In this document: piece after piece, positions 27,469 through 39,597 of the stretch
Numbering within the stretch: position 1 is the first letter of the stretch
Layout: each line of letters begins with the position of its first letter
Assembly: GCA_015680685.1 (NCBI GenBank)
Contig: MNCI01000651.1
Coordinates: 1,665,832-1,729,831 of the forward strand
Source of the DNA: Gnetum montanum
Taxonomy: Eukaryota > Plantae > Gnetophyta
DNA: 64,000 nt
Reading direction: 5' to 3'
The notes under the pieces: generated by a model
The model's input: only the letters and a program-made list of their open reading frames with translations
What the model was told of the DNA's origin: nothing
The model's database searches: none
Position numbers and translations under genes: made by a program

Positions 27469-28427
27469 TGATGAGCATCAAAGTGTAGTGTCGAAAGGCA
27501 TCCATTGATGCAGCTCCATTGACAAGCCCTTGTCAATGGGGCCTCGTTTACGTGGTGTTCCCTGGTCGACAAGGCCATGTTGACATAGCATTTGCTAAAT
27601 CTATGGGGCCTCGTCAATGTAGCCCTAGAGTGAAAAATATAAATATGAGCTCCCAGCCATGTTTATGAGCATTCAAGTCATAGTATTATTAGAGCTCTTG
27701 CAGTTTTTCCATTTGAAAGTTAGAATATTTCTTTGAGTTCCAGCAGTAGGAGTTAGAAAGTGTATGGATCTTTATTCGAGCATTGTTGTACCTAAGCTAC
27801 ACTAGTCTAGTGTGTACAACAATAAAGATGAGCTTCTTGACAAGCCTTGCAACACTTAGAATAGATTAATGATTTATTTATGCATTTATTATTTTCATTA
27901 ATTATGTTTTTAAATAAGCTAAATTAGACTTCAAGTGATTAGTTAATTAATTAAGCTAAATAGATTAAGCACATAAGTATAACCATTTCGAGCATAAACA
28001 TGTATTCATTTCATATTCCCATCAGCATTATTGCTTGGTGCACCCAGTAGTGTAGCACTTGGTAACCCAATAGTGGATACATAGGTTTAGGACATGTATG
28101 GAAAGTGGGATTGGATACTTATGTTAGGACTAGTTAAAGATTAGTTAAATAGTTAAATTAAATTTGTTTTCAGTGTACTTCATCTCTCTCGTTAACCACT
28201 AAAACCATAAAATATAAAATGATAAAAATCATATACCTCGATTACACAACCATACTTTTGTACATCATAAGTGTAATTGGGAAGACAATGAACAACCATT
28301 GGGAAAGGCTCACTTTCTAGAAGACTAGTGCATTGGAAACTAGAGAGTCCACAGAATTTGAATGAATCATGTGTGAGCACTTTGTGATTCATATGGTTGG
28401 ATGTAGGGGTACCTCGACTGGTCATCA
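27469..28427 (+). repeat. 5' LTR of A2
   Basis: TGATGAGC...GGTCATCA; TATAAATA at ~27638; direct repeat of 42682-43568. Confidence 0.95.
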
Positions 28428-28428
28428 T

Positions 28429-28447
28429 TGTTGCCATTGCTAAGGAA
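28429..28447 (+). other. Primer-binding site of A2, decayed
   Basis: TGTTGCCATTGCTAAGGAA, 1 nt after the LTR; same type as 7040-7058. Confidence 0.65.
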
Positions 28448-28578
28448 TCTCTTTTTTTAAAACATGCACTATCTAGGCTTAGTGGATATTATTAATATCA
28501 TTGGATGAACCCCAAGGTTAATATCATTCTCAATTATATAACTACAAAAGCACACTGATATTTTATTTTTTTTACAAA

Positions 28579-31050
28579 ATGTCTTCTTCTTCTCACAGGT
28601 GAAATGATATGAAACCACTAGTCCCACAAGAGTGCAATGTGATATGTACTAATCCAGATAAATATGTGTCTAATTTCACCTTTATCCTACATTAGGATGA
28701 GCAATTGTGATGGCATGATATGGAAGGAAACATTATAATGCCTCCTGATTGATCTTTGCCCATGATGCTACTTCAAACCCTTAAGAAGTTAGGTAGCTCA
28801 AATCTTCAAGAGGAATACGTTGTGCATGGTTATGAAACTTGGGACTATCATCCCATTGAAACATAATGTAGGTGAGATCGACATCAAGAGAGGCACAATG
28901 AGGATGTGAAGAGGAAATGGTTCACCAATACATTATTCTTGCTAAACCAAGATGATAATGAGGACCCTCCCTTTGAGGGATCTCAACATAAAAATTATCT
29001 ACCCTTTGTTACTAGTAATGAGGGTGTGGCCCTGAATCTGCAGTCTACAATCAACAATTTGGGTTTTGGAAAAGATGGTAGTTAAGGCAAGGGATCGAAC
29101 AAGCATCAAGATGATAAGAAAATTGATGAACATGGCTATGATAACTAAAGGGAAATTGGTAGATATCATGGTGGAGGTAGTCCTACTCCCTCTTCATCCT
29201 CTTCATCTACATTTGCTTCTTCTTTCTCTTATGATTTTGAAAGAAATTGTAGAAGGAACAACTATGATGAAGATGAGCATGGGGGAAATAATACTAATCA
29301 TGATGCCCAAAATAATCAAAGGGGTAACAGAGGACATTATTAGCAACAATGAAATACTGATGACGATGAGCCTTTTTTGGCAACTCGAAGTATGCTAGAC
29401 ATTGTAGAGGTAGTTAGATTCCAACTAGGCATGTGAAAGATAGTCAGATCAAGTGCTTAGACATGAGTAATATCCCAAGATTTGAGGGGGATATAACTCT
29501 GATTCACAAAACCATCTACAAGCCTTTCAAAATTCCTACACCTTACAAAACATTAAAAATAATTGGTAGAAACTCAAGCTATTCCCCATGATACTCATTA
29601 AGGAAGCAAAAGGCTGGTACTGGTCCTTGATGTTGGAATTTATTCATCGATGAAGTTGGAACTATTTAATGATAAATACCAAACGTACTTTAGAGTGTCC
29701 ACTTTAAGAATGTAAATCAAAGGTTGGAAACAAGGAAGACATGAACTCTTGGATGCCACCATGGGTAGATAATATTATCTCTTACATCGATGCCCTAACC
29801 ATGGTTATTCTTAGAGGGAACAACTCCACCACATCATAGATGGAGTTAGAGCAGAAACCAAACGAACTCTTGGGGTTTATGCCTAAGGGAAACTATATGG
29901 ACTTAGAGCTCATTAGATACAAATGTTGATAGAGTAGGTTACAAAAGAAGGATATGAGTTGTGAAAAAGGAAAAATGTAGAAGAATATAATAGGGACCCT
30001 TCTATAAGGAAAAGGGAGATCCAATTTTGTGACAAGGAGGAGTCATCACTCGATGAAGTGGTGAACAAGAAAACCTTGTCAATCCAAAAATCTGTTTCTA
30101 ATATTTTAGCAAAGGTTGATAAATTATGAGACTCTTTGGATGAAGAATTCCAAACTACTATGAAGATTGCTAAAGAATCCAAAGAGTGAAACAGTGATTG
30201 CGACCATAGGAGGTGAAAAGAAGCTGAATGTGCTTACCAGAGAGGTAAGGGCAAAGTTACTGTAGTAGAAGAAGTTGTGGTGATGGACTCTGATGATGAT
30301 GTTGGATGTGAAATTTGTCAATATGAACATCCTAAGGAATGTTGCCTTGTGATGTCACACTTACAAGAGTCTAGGGTTTACGTATTGACTAGCAAGGAGG
30401 CAAGCACGTAGATGATTATCTTATTCTCAAGGCAATCTGAGGTAGTTCCATCAACAAAAACATGCTTACTATCCATGTGGAGCTCCACCATAGCCATATG
30501 AACAATATCAATAGTGGCACTAACCACAGTCATGGGGAATGCCATTGCTAAGACAGTAGCACCCTTGTAGGCAACTAGATCTATATGGGTACTATGTTCA
30601 GCAACCCATCTCTCCATGAAGTTCTACCAGCAATGCCTCATTTCACCATCACTATTACCCTCTAGAGTACCATCAAACTCATTCACCATCTATTCAAGGG
30701 AAACACCCATATGCATACCACCCTCCACATTCATCTACATACATCTCTCTACCTTTAACCTAGTTACCTCCTGATCCATTCATGTATAGAGAAATTCCCC
30801 CATAGCTGTAGCAACAAAATGCTATGAGGGTTGTACATTTAGAATCATCCCTCTAGTTGAGTGGTTCGGATAATTGATCTAAGAAATGACCCTTTTTTAG
30901 ACCCAACAGTCCTTCCAAACCCTCACAACCTAATGTGGCTGCTTGCCCTATATCTCCAACATGCTCATTTTCTACATTAAACACATTTGTGTATCCTTCC
31001 AACCAAATGTTGCCTTAGATCTACACTATGATGTTAACTCATGCTATTTC
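28579..31050 (+). pseudogene. gag: gag of A2, disrupted
   Basis: MSSSSHR start; IPRFEG, KLKLFPMILIKEAKGWY, HRCPNHGY; Pro-rich tail. Confidence 0.8.
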
Positions 31051-31099
31051 TAATTGGATCAAGGCTAGCAACCTTCCCATGAAGAGATTTGATCTAGAA

Positions 31100-34000
31100 A
31101 GTCCTATTATTTACTTATAGTTTTCTAGACATGAGCCATGTAAGGCTCTTCTTGATTCTAGTTCTAGTGTTAATCTCATCTCCCATGATACATACAAATC
31201 CTAGAACCTACCATCTCTCAAGAAGAGCAACATCCATTTAGAATTGGAAGACTAGTCAATTACTATTCCTTTGAAATTAGTGGAGAAATTTGTAACTATT
31301 ATTTTTGGGTGGTCCTATCCTATCAATTTTCTAGTGATCAAGGTCGAAAACCACAAAGGAGACTTCTCCATCATTATGGAATATGCATGGTTGAGCATTG
31401 TTGATGCACGAATGGGCATCAGAGACCTCTCCTTAAAAATATCCAAGGAGAACAAATTTGGATGCCTAGAGAAGAAGTGTGTTCCATGCATTGCGTACAG
31501 TGATAATGGGTGCAACTGTGTGTAGAAAATCTACTCCATTAAGCGTACATTCATTAAAGCATGTAATTAGTATGCACATGAAACAAATATGCAAAGGTGC
31601 CTATACGTAGCAACCATAAAATAGAAGGACACCTAGTGGCTGACAACTGACTCTAACAATAGCACACTATGCATGGAACTTATTGAGAGCCTAACATGTG
31701 CTTATGTCAAAGGCATGGATGAACTTAAGCAAGTTCATCACCAACTATTTGATGATGAAGATGATGGTACCTATTGGGCAGAGTTGGTAATTCTTGATAA
31801 TTTCAAGTAGGAGCCCCTAGAGTTAAAAACTCTACCAGTAGGCATGGAGTATGAAATTTTTAATAATGGAAAGCTGGTTATAATCAATATAAATCTTTCT
31901 CTTAAACAAAAGATAAGCTATTGAAGATGGTCAATAAATGGCCAACATCCTTTGCTTGATCATATCCTAAATTGATAAGAATTGATCTAAGGATATGCTA
32001 GCATTGTATCTACATTGACCTAGCCATGAAGCCAAGACGGTAGCCATAGAGGTAGCTAAATCCCAAATTGAAGTAGATCATCAAGAAGGAAATAGAACAA
32101 CTCCTTAAGGAAGGGTTCATCTATCCCATCGCAGATAGTGAGTGGATTAGCCCACTTGTTATTGTATCAAAGAAATGTGGCAAGTGGTAGATCTACATTA
32201 ACCTTAGGCTATTGAACATGGCAATATTTAAGGATCAATTTCCATTACCATTTGTGGACCAGGTTTTGGATACTATCTCCAAGCATTGCTATTATAGCTT
32301 CTTGGATTATTATAGTGGCTATAACCAGATCTAGATCATGTCGAAGGATTAGGCTAAGAGAAGATTCACAAGTCCCTAGGGGACTTTTGCATATTATAAG
32401 ATTCCATTTGGTTTATGCAATGCCCTTGCAACATTTCAATGGCTAGTCTTTAGAATTTTTCAATAGCAGATTGGTAGTAGGGCAGAAGTCTTTATGGATG
32501 ACTTCTCTACTTATGGGGCTATATTTGAGCAAGCCTTGGATCACCTCGAGTAGGTATTGAAAAGATGTATTGAAACAAACATCAGGCTCAATTGGTAGAA
32601 AATCCATTTAATAGTTTAGAAAGGCATAGTACTCGGGCATAGAATTACTTAGATAGGGATTGAGGTAGACTTGGAAAAGATAAGGGTCATCCAAGGAATC
32701 ACACGCCAACTAGAGATAGTCAAAGACATCCACTCATTCCTTGAACAAACTAGCTACTATTGACGATTCATAGAGAATTTCTCTAAGATCGCAAAGCCAT
32801 TGGTTGAGCTTATAAAGAAAGATTCACCATTTGTTTAGAACAAGAAGTGTGAACATGCATTCTAACTAGGAAAGGAGAAACTCATAGAAACTCCAATTCT
32901 ATGGGCACCAGACTGGTCTAGACCATTTCATATAATGATAGATGTATTTAATTATGCCTTGGGAGCCATGCTTATGTAGTTGGATAATAAGAAACATCCA
33001 TATTACATCCACTACACAAGTTGAAGCATTGTGGGTGCATAGTTGAATTACACCATAACTGAGAAAGAACTGATAGCAGTGGTGTATGCTATTGAAAAGT
33101 TCAAGCACTATGTACTTGGATACAAAGTATTTATGCACATAGATCATAGTGCCATATGCTTTCTAATGAACAAGGTAATAGTAAGTCCTGTATCATACAA
33201 TGGCTCTTGATCTTGTAGGAATTTGATCTCACAATGGTAGATTAGAAAGGGATTGAGAATGTGGTTGTTGACCACCTCGCTCAATTAAGATGGGATAATA
33301 AAGAGGAGGAGAGCCCACTCTCTAATCAATTTCTAGATGAACTGCTCTTTATAGGAGTAATAAATAACCGATTTCCCCTTAAAAAATGGTATGATGACAT
33401 CCTCACTTACCTTCTCACTCAGGAGATGCCACAAGATTTGGACCATAGGAAGAAACAGCAGTTCTTCATTGGGCATAGTACTTCATGGAAATCAATGGAT
33501 ACCTTTACAAGGTGTGTGCTAATGGCCTACTTCATTGGTGTGTCCCTAATGTAGATCAATTGCATGTTCTCCAAGATTCTCTTGAAGGTCCTTGTAGAGG
33601 CCACTATGTAGAAAGATGCACAACCATAAAAATCTTGATGATAGGATACTATTGGCCTACAATCTTCAAGGAAGATGACCAATTTGTCCAATCCTGTGAG
33701 TGCTGTCAAAGAGATGGTGGAATGACTGCTTAAATAGAGGGTCCTCAATAGTGGATTCAACCATTGAAACCATTTGACATATGGGGCATAGAATTCATGG
33801 GTCCCATCATATCCATGTCCAATGGAAAGACGTATATCATCGTAGCACTCAACTACTATAGAAAATGGGTAGAAATAGTAGCTTTCATTGACTGTACATC
33901 AGCTACTGCTAATTTATTTGTACAAAAAAATGTTGTAAATAGGTTTGGGGTGCCATGTGCACTAATTGCTAATAATGGAACTCATTTTATAGGTCCCACA

Positions 34001-34734
34001 TTTTGAAAGTTGATGCAACACTTGGGGGTTGAACATAAATTAACAACACCCTATCACCCTAAGCCAATAGTCAAGTAGAAGTCACCAATAGGGAGATTAC
34101 AAAGATCCTAATAAGGACCATAAGAAACTATAGGAGAAATTAGAGCACAAAACTCAATGATTCCCTTTGGGCCTATTGCTCAACATGAAAACTTTCTATT
34201 GGCTACTTTTCCTATGAGCTAGTGTACAAAAAACTTTCAATGCTCCTAATGCAATTCGAGCTTCATACACTCTCAATAGCCTATGACTTTGACCTTGACC
34301 TAAGTCTAGCACAAAAAGAAAGATTTATCAACCTTAACATGCTGGACAAAAATTATTTAGTGGCCTTATATTTGAATGACTTGCACAAGGCATACAACAA
34401 ATAACAACATGACCTTAGAATACAGAAAGTAAGATTTCAACTAGGAGATAAGGTTCTTTACTAGAATCCCACACATATACCTTAGAAAACTAAATTCTAA
34501 ACATTGTGGGAGGGATCTTATGTAATTGATGAAACCTTTTCTTTTGGGGCCATGACTATATACAAACCTGAGAGACTAGGCAAAATGCAATTGATCAACA
34601 TCCAACAAATAAAGCCTTTCTAATAGCCAAGACAAGCCAATGAAAGAACTACCTCAACGGATAGATAACCACACTTAATTTTTCAGATCTCCTCCTTCCA
34701 ACTTAGTCATGAGAGAGATGGACATCCAAGCTAA
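31100..34734 (+). pseudogene. pol: pol of A2 (PR-RT-RH-INT), disrupted
   Basis: ALLDSSSSVNLI; FPLPFVDQVL; FMDDFSTYG; GYYWPTIFKE; PFDIWGIEFMGP; FGVPCALIANNGTHF. Confidence 0.94.
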
Positions 34735-37700
34735 TCATCCATATGACTCAGTTTTTTCTATTTTTTGTTTTTCATGTTTTTAATTTTGGAAGTTATTTTA
34801 CAACTTTTTGATTTTAAAATTTCTTCCTATTTTACCTCATTTTTTTGTTTTACATCATTGTTAGTACATTTGAATCTTTCTAGAATATTTTACACTTTCT
34901 TATATATATTTTACTTTGTTTTGTTTAAGTGTGATTTTTAAATTTTTGCTAATAAACATGCTTTGTGCCAATAGGACACAATGGTGTTGTAGCTATTACT
35001 AATGCTAGTTTGTGCTTTTTTTTTTGGTTGCTCATGTTTGGTTTCTATTTCTAAATTTTTGTACCAATGGCTAAGTCATTGTTTCTTTTTTATGGAACAA
35101 GCAGTGAGCCCATAACATCCACCCATTCACAAACTCTATGGTTTTCCTTGTTTTGAAAGTTTGAGGTCCCTTTCATTAAATGAACTTTTAATAAATTTGT
35201 AACCTTGGTAGTTTCTATAATTGGAAAGGATTCAAAAGTTTGTATAGCATGTGACTTGAAGGGGACTCAATATTCTTTGTACTCTTCTACTTACATGGGT
35301 GCTCAAGTGTTTTCATGGGCTTCTTACCATTCCATTTTGACTAATAATAGGAAGTAAAATAAAGTCTTTACATGGTGTGGTTCCCATACCTTCAAAGAAA
35401 ATAAAAATATAAAAAGAAAAACATGATGGGAATTCAAAGCACACTCCTTAGATAAATAAATGAGCTACAAGCATTGGTTATGGAACTAGAAAGACATGTT
35501 ATCCATGCTTGAAGGTCCCCTCTAACTAAGGCACTCGCTCACTTGCTACTTCTCTTTTTTTCTATTTATGAAGCGGTGGTTGTTTTGTGGGAGCACTCTT
35601 GTGTCTCAAGGAGGTGGATTGGTCTTAGAGTGGTAATGCAAAGTCACTAAAAGAGAATGGTTTTGGTTTGGACTAAGGGTAGATCTTCTTAGGTCATTTT
35701 AAACACAAACTCCACAAGGGACTTATTATGACCTTAGTTTGGAATTCTAGTCCACCTTCTCCATCATCCATCTATGCTATCTAATAATCACCTTACTAAT
35801 AGTATCCATGTTCTTGATTTCATGTCTTGGTTTACTGTATTTGAATTCTTAGGTAGATTCTTCCAGGTTTTGGTTCTTAACTTCCATCAACCATTAATCA
35901 CCTATGGGGCTGTCGATGACTGTTTGGGACACGATTGCCAATGAGTGACTCAAACACGATTTAGGTGTTCACTAGTCCTGGCAACACCAAGGCCCAGATA
36001 CCTTCAAATAGACTTAGTAGTTAAACATGAGTATGTTTTTACTATTGTAAATGTTGAAATAGTTGGATTCCATATAAAACTGTAGTTAGGTATCATGAAA
36101 GAGATTCGACCAACTTTGTAAAATACTGTGAGTTGTCAGAGATTCCTATTTTGTTTGATTAGTCTATATAGTCCTTATAATACCTACTTATAACAAATAA
36201 AATCTTGCAAAAATTATTTGAGCACAACTTTGCCAATCTACTCCTAATTTTTCCCAGAGAGAGAAAGTTCCACAAGAAAAATAGAAATAGAGCAAGATTC
36301 AATGGAAATAGAAAGAAAAGATAGTAGATTTGTGTAAAAATCTCAAATATTTAAGCAAGGTAAATTGATATTAGGAAACACTTCACAATAAAGTTATCCC
36401 TAATTTAATATCTATGAATTGTTCAAACTTTATAGGCTCAAAAGAGCAATTTGTTAAAGACAATTCTACTATACTACCAAAAATTGCTATGTAAACTACC
36501 ATGTACGAGTTTCTATTTTGGCTAGATAATAGTTGTCAATGATTGCATACAACAAAACTTTTAAAGATTTGACAATTTTTGATTGAAATACCAAGGGAAT
36601 ATACTTTAAAAATGAAAAAGCTATTTCAGTCCTATCAAAATGCCAAATATTTTTTAACCCTCTAAACTATTGAATTTCTCAATTGGCTTATCTATAGCAG
36701 AGGGTCTCTTACAAAAATTGTAATAGCAGCCTTAAACATTGCATAATAATAAACATTTTTATTAAATTACTCTTGAGGCTTTCTAGCATGAGCTCTTCTA
36801 TGGAAAATATTAATAGGAGTCTACTATCATGAAACAAGGAACTATAAAAGTGATCCAAAAATCCCAAATTTAAATGCCAAGCATAATACTACCTAAAACA
36901 CTAGCTATGTAACTAAAACAAAATAGAAAAGAATGAACTCATAGGATTAAAAAAAGTGGTCAAAATAATATTTTTAGCAAGCCATCTTCCAAGCAATTTT
37001 CAAAATGTCTTCTTGATTCACTCCCTCCAAAAGCCCCTTACATTCTACCCTTGAAGCCCTTTTATAGTGGCTTCAAGGTAGTTAAAATCATTATCTAGGT
37101 TAGTTATAACCACTATACAAAAAAATGCTATACTTGACATATGTGTGGTAGTTACAACCATCATGGAGACTAGGAAGCTATAGTTGACAAGTGCCTGGTA
37201 GTTACAACTACAATGGTATTTAATTGTAACTACTATAGAGAAAATAGGTATGATGGCCAAATGTCCCATTTTTCCTAAATAACAGCTCTCTCCTTTTTAA
37301 AAAGAAAATGTATAGAAATAAACTGATTATATCAATGATTATGTTGTCAATAATAGAAAAACTCTAAATCATAAAATTTCATAAGGTCATGTTCCTCCAT
37401 ACACGAAATGCACCACATTTACTAGCAAATTGTGGACCCAAATTTTTTCTCTTTTCTTGGAGTTAAAAAATCAATTTAAAAAAAATGTTTGATCACCAAA
37501 ACCCTATAAATAAAACTACACATTTCTTCCACTATTGTGACATCATCCATCGCATTCTCCACCACCCAACTGTAGGGAGACAAGTCCATATCTCTAATAG
37601 ATCGCTTGTTAGCAAAATTGATGGCTTATTCCTGCTCAATTTTGGAAAAATAAATGAGTGATAGCTATAGTCCAAGGTAACACTCCTGGAACTCTAAATG

Positions 37701-39059
37701 TAAATTCCCTTGTAACCACCTATGATAGTAAAAATTTGGACTATAGTGTTAACGCACACATCGAGGTCTCTAGGGTATTGTTAACTATTGCCATGGAGCA
37801 CCTGCGATCGGAGTTGAAGGTAGTCATTATAGCATTGGCATAATGTGCATGATGCTCTTGAAACCCTTGCCATTACTGTCAAATGCTGAGAAAACCTTGC
37901 ACTTAAACTCCGTGGTTACGAAACATGACTCCAGAAGTAGCCATGATGGAGGCATGATGAAATTCAACTGCCATGCTAGTATCGTGGACATCATGCTGCT
38001 ACCACAGATGTAAGTGGTATTGAACTCAATGGTGGTATTGAAATCCATTGTAGTCTATATGTGGTTAATGATGAGGGTAGAGGTTATGTTGGTAACATGT
38101 TTGTTGCCACCACGGATCAAAACCCTGCTGCTGTGTCTAGTTGTGTTGCCCTCTACATCCAGCTGCTACCATGGATCAAAACCCTGCAGCTACCATTTCT
38201 TGTAGTTTTCGTATTAGAGGTAAATCCAGAAATTCTTGACTTAAATCCAATAGTCTTGACTTGAATCCAATAGCCTATTTATTTTCATTCTTAGGTTATT
38301 TGCACACTTATGTGCTCATTTCCTAGTAATTGATATTTGGGTAATCCCGTGTTCTATAGATTTTAGGGCTTTTATTCAACTTGTTTAATCAACTGCAAAA
38401 TATTGTTCGGATTCAAATTTCCAAATACAAATTTGTTGTTTTCAGTTATGGATTGCACACATAATGGATCTATTGCAAGAAACTTGAATAATATGAACAA
38501 TAACTTTTTATTTTTGCTTCATCCAATTCTTGCTCTTTAACTTGGATTTTTTATTTTAATTAAAGATGGGTATTGCACATCCGTTTCTTGTTTGGTGTCC
38601 TTAAGAATGGAACTCAGAACTTATTGTATCTATTAAAGTTTTTTAAAATTTGAAATAGACCATATAATAAACAAAATTCCTTGTTATGCCTATTCCATTA
38701 AATGGTCAAATGTAAAAACAAGGGCCTACTGACTCAGGTTGAGGATATGCAAGGGAAAAAAGGACATGAGCTTGCTATGGGAAGGATCCACTTGCATATC
38801 TCTTGATTGGGTTCATTAAGTACCTTATCATTAGACATTCTTGAAATTAGGACCTTTTGCACATCCATCTTCTGCATCAAACCATGTGTTCCTTTACAAA
38901 TTCTATTTAATAAAAGCATTCTTTATCAAATTTCTCAATTTTGAGCTTTCAAAGATCCTCTTTAATGATTTCATCATATTCTTGGCTTTTCTAGGACTCC
39001 ATGGACTCCAATTTCATTGAAAAGTTTGTTATATTTTTTGAGATATTCAAATTCCAAAT

Positions 39060-39165
39060 TTTTGCCTATGGGCCTCATATACAGGGCCTCGTTGACAAAG
39101 TAGAGCTATATATGAGGCCTTGTATATGGGGCCCCATCAATGTAAGGGAAAAATTCTATATATAT
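39060..39165 (+). promoter_or_regulatory. Internal cluster of LTR-U3-like motifs followed by a TATA-like box
   Basis: GGGCCTCGTTGAC and TATGGGGCCCCATCAATGTA match LTR 27537-27625 (CTATGGGGCCTCGTCAATGTA); CTATATATAT at ~39156. Confidence 0.5.
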
Positions 39166-39597
39166 GTGCAACCCCACTTGAAAATTTTTACATTTTATTA
39201 AAAATGCCAAGGGAGTTTTTTAATTTTTTAGAGCCTAGAACTTTCCAGAGCCCATAACTTCCTAACTGTTTTTCCAAATCACTCTGTTCTTTGACTTTGC
39301 AAGTACAAGAGGTAAGCTCTTCATTGTGGGGATCACAAATGTGCCATTTTTGAGGAATTTTTTTTTCATAATTTTTCTAACTCCTAAAAATGTTTAACTA
39401 AAAAATCAACCATTAAACACTAAATTAAAAGAGTTAAACCTTTCCAACAAGCTCTAGTAACATCTACAATAAATAATTAATAACATAATAATAAAATAAT
39501 CAATATGCCATGGTTCAACCTTAGCCAAAGTGTAACTAACTAATGAGAGAAGGTATTTAAAAATTTAAAGCTACACATTATATCTACTAATCCATCG

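Noticed and set aside
35925-35990. Possible hammerhead ribozyme (CCAATGA-GTG-loop-CAC-GATT)
   Set aside because: Both core motifs (CUGAnGA and GAAA) are mismatched and stems I and III are not evident.
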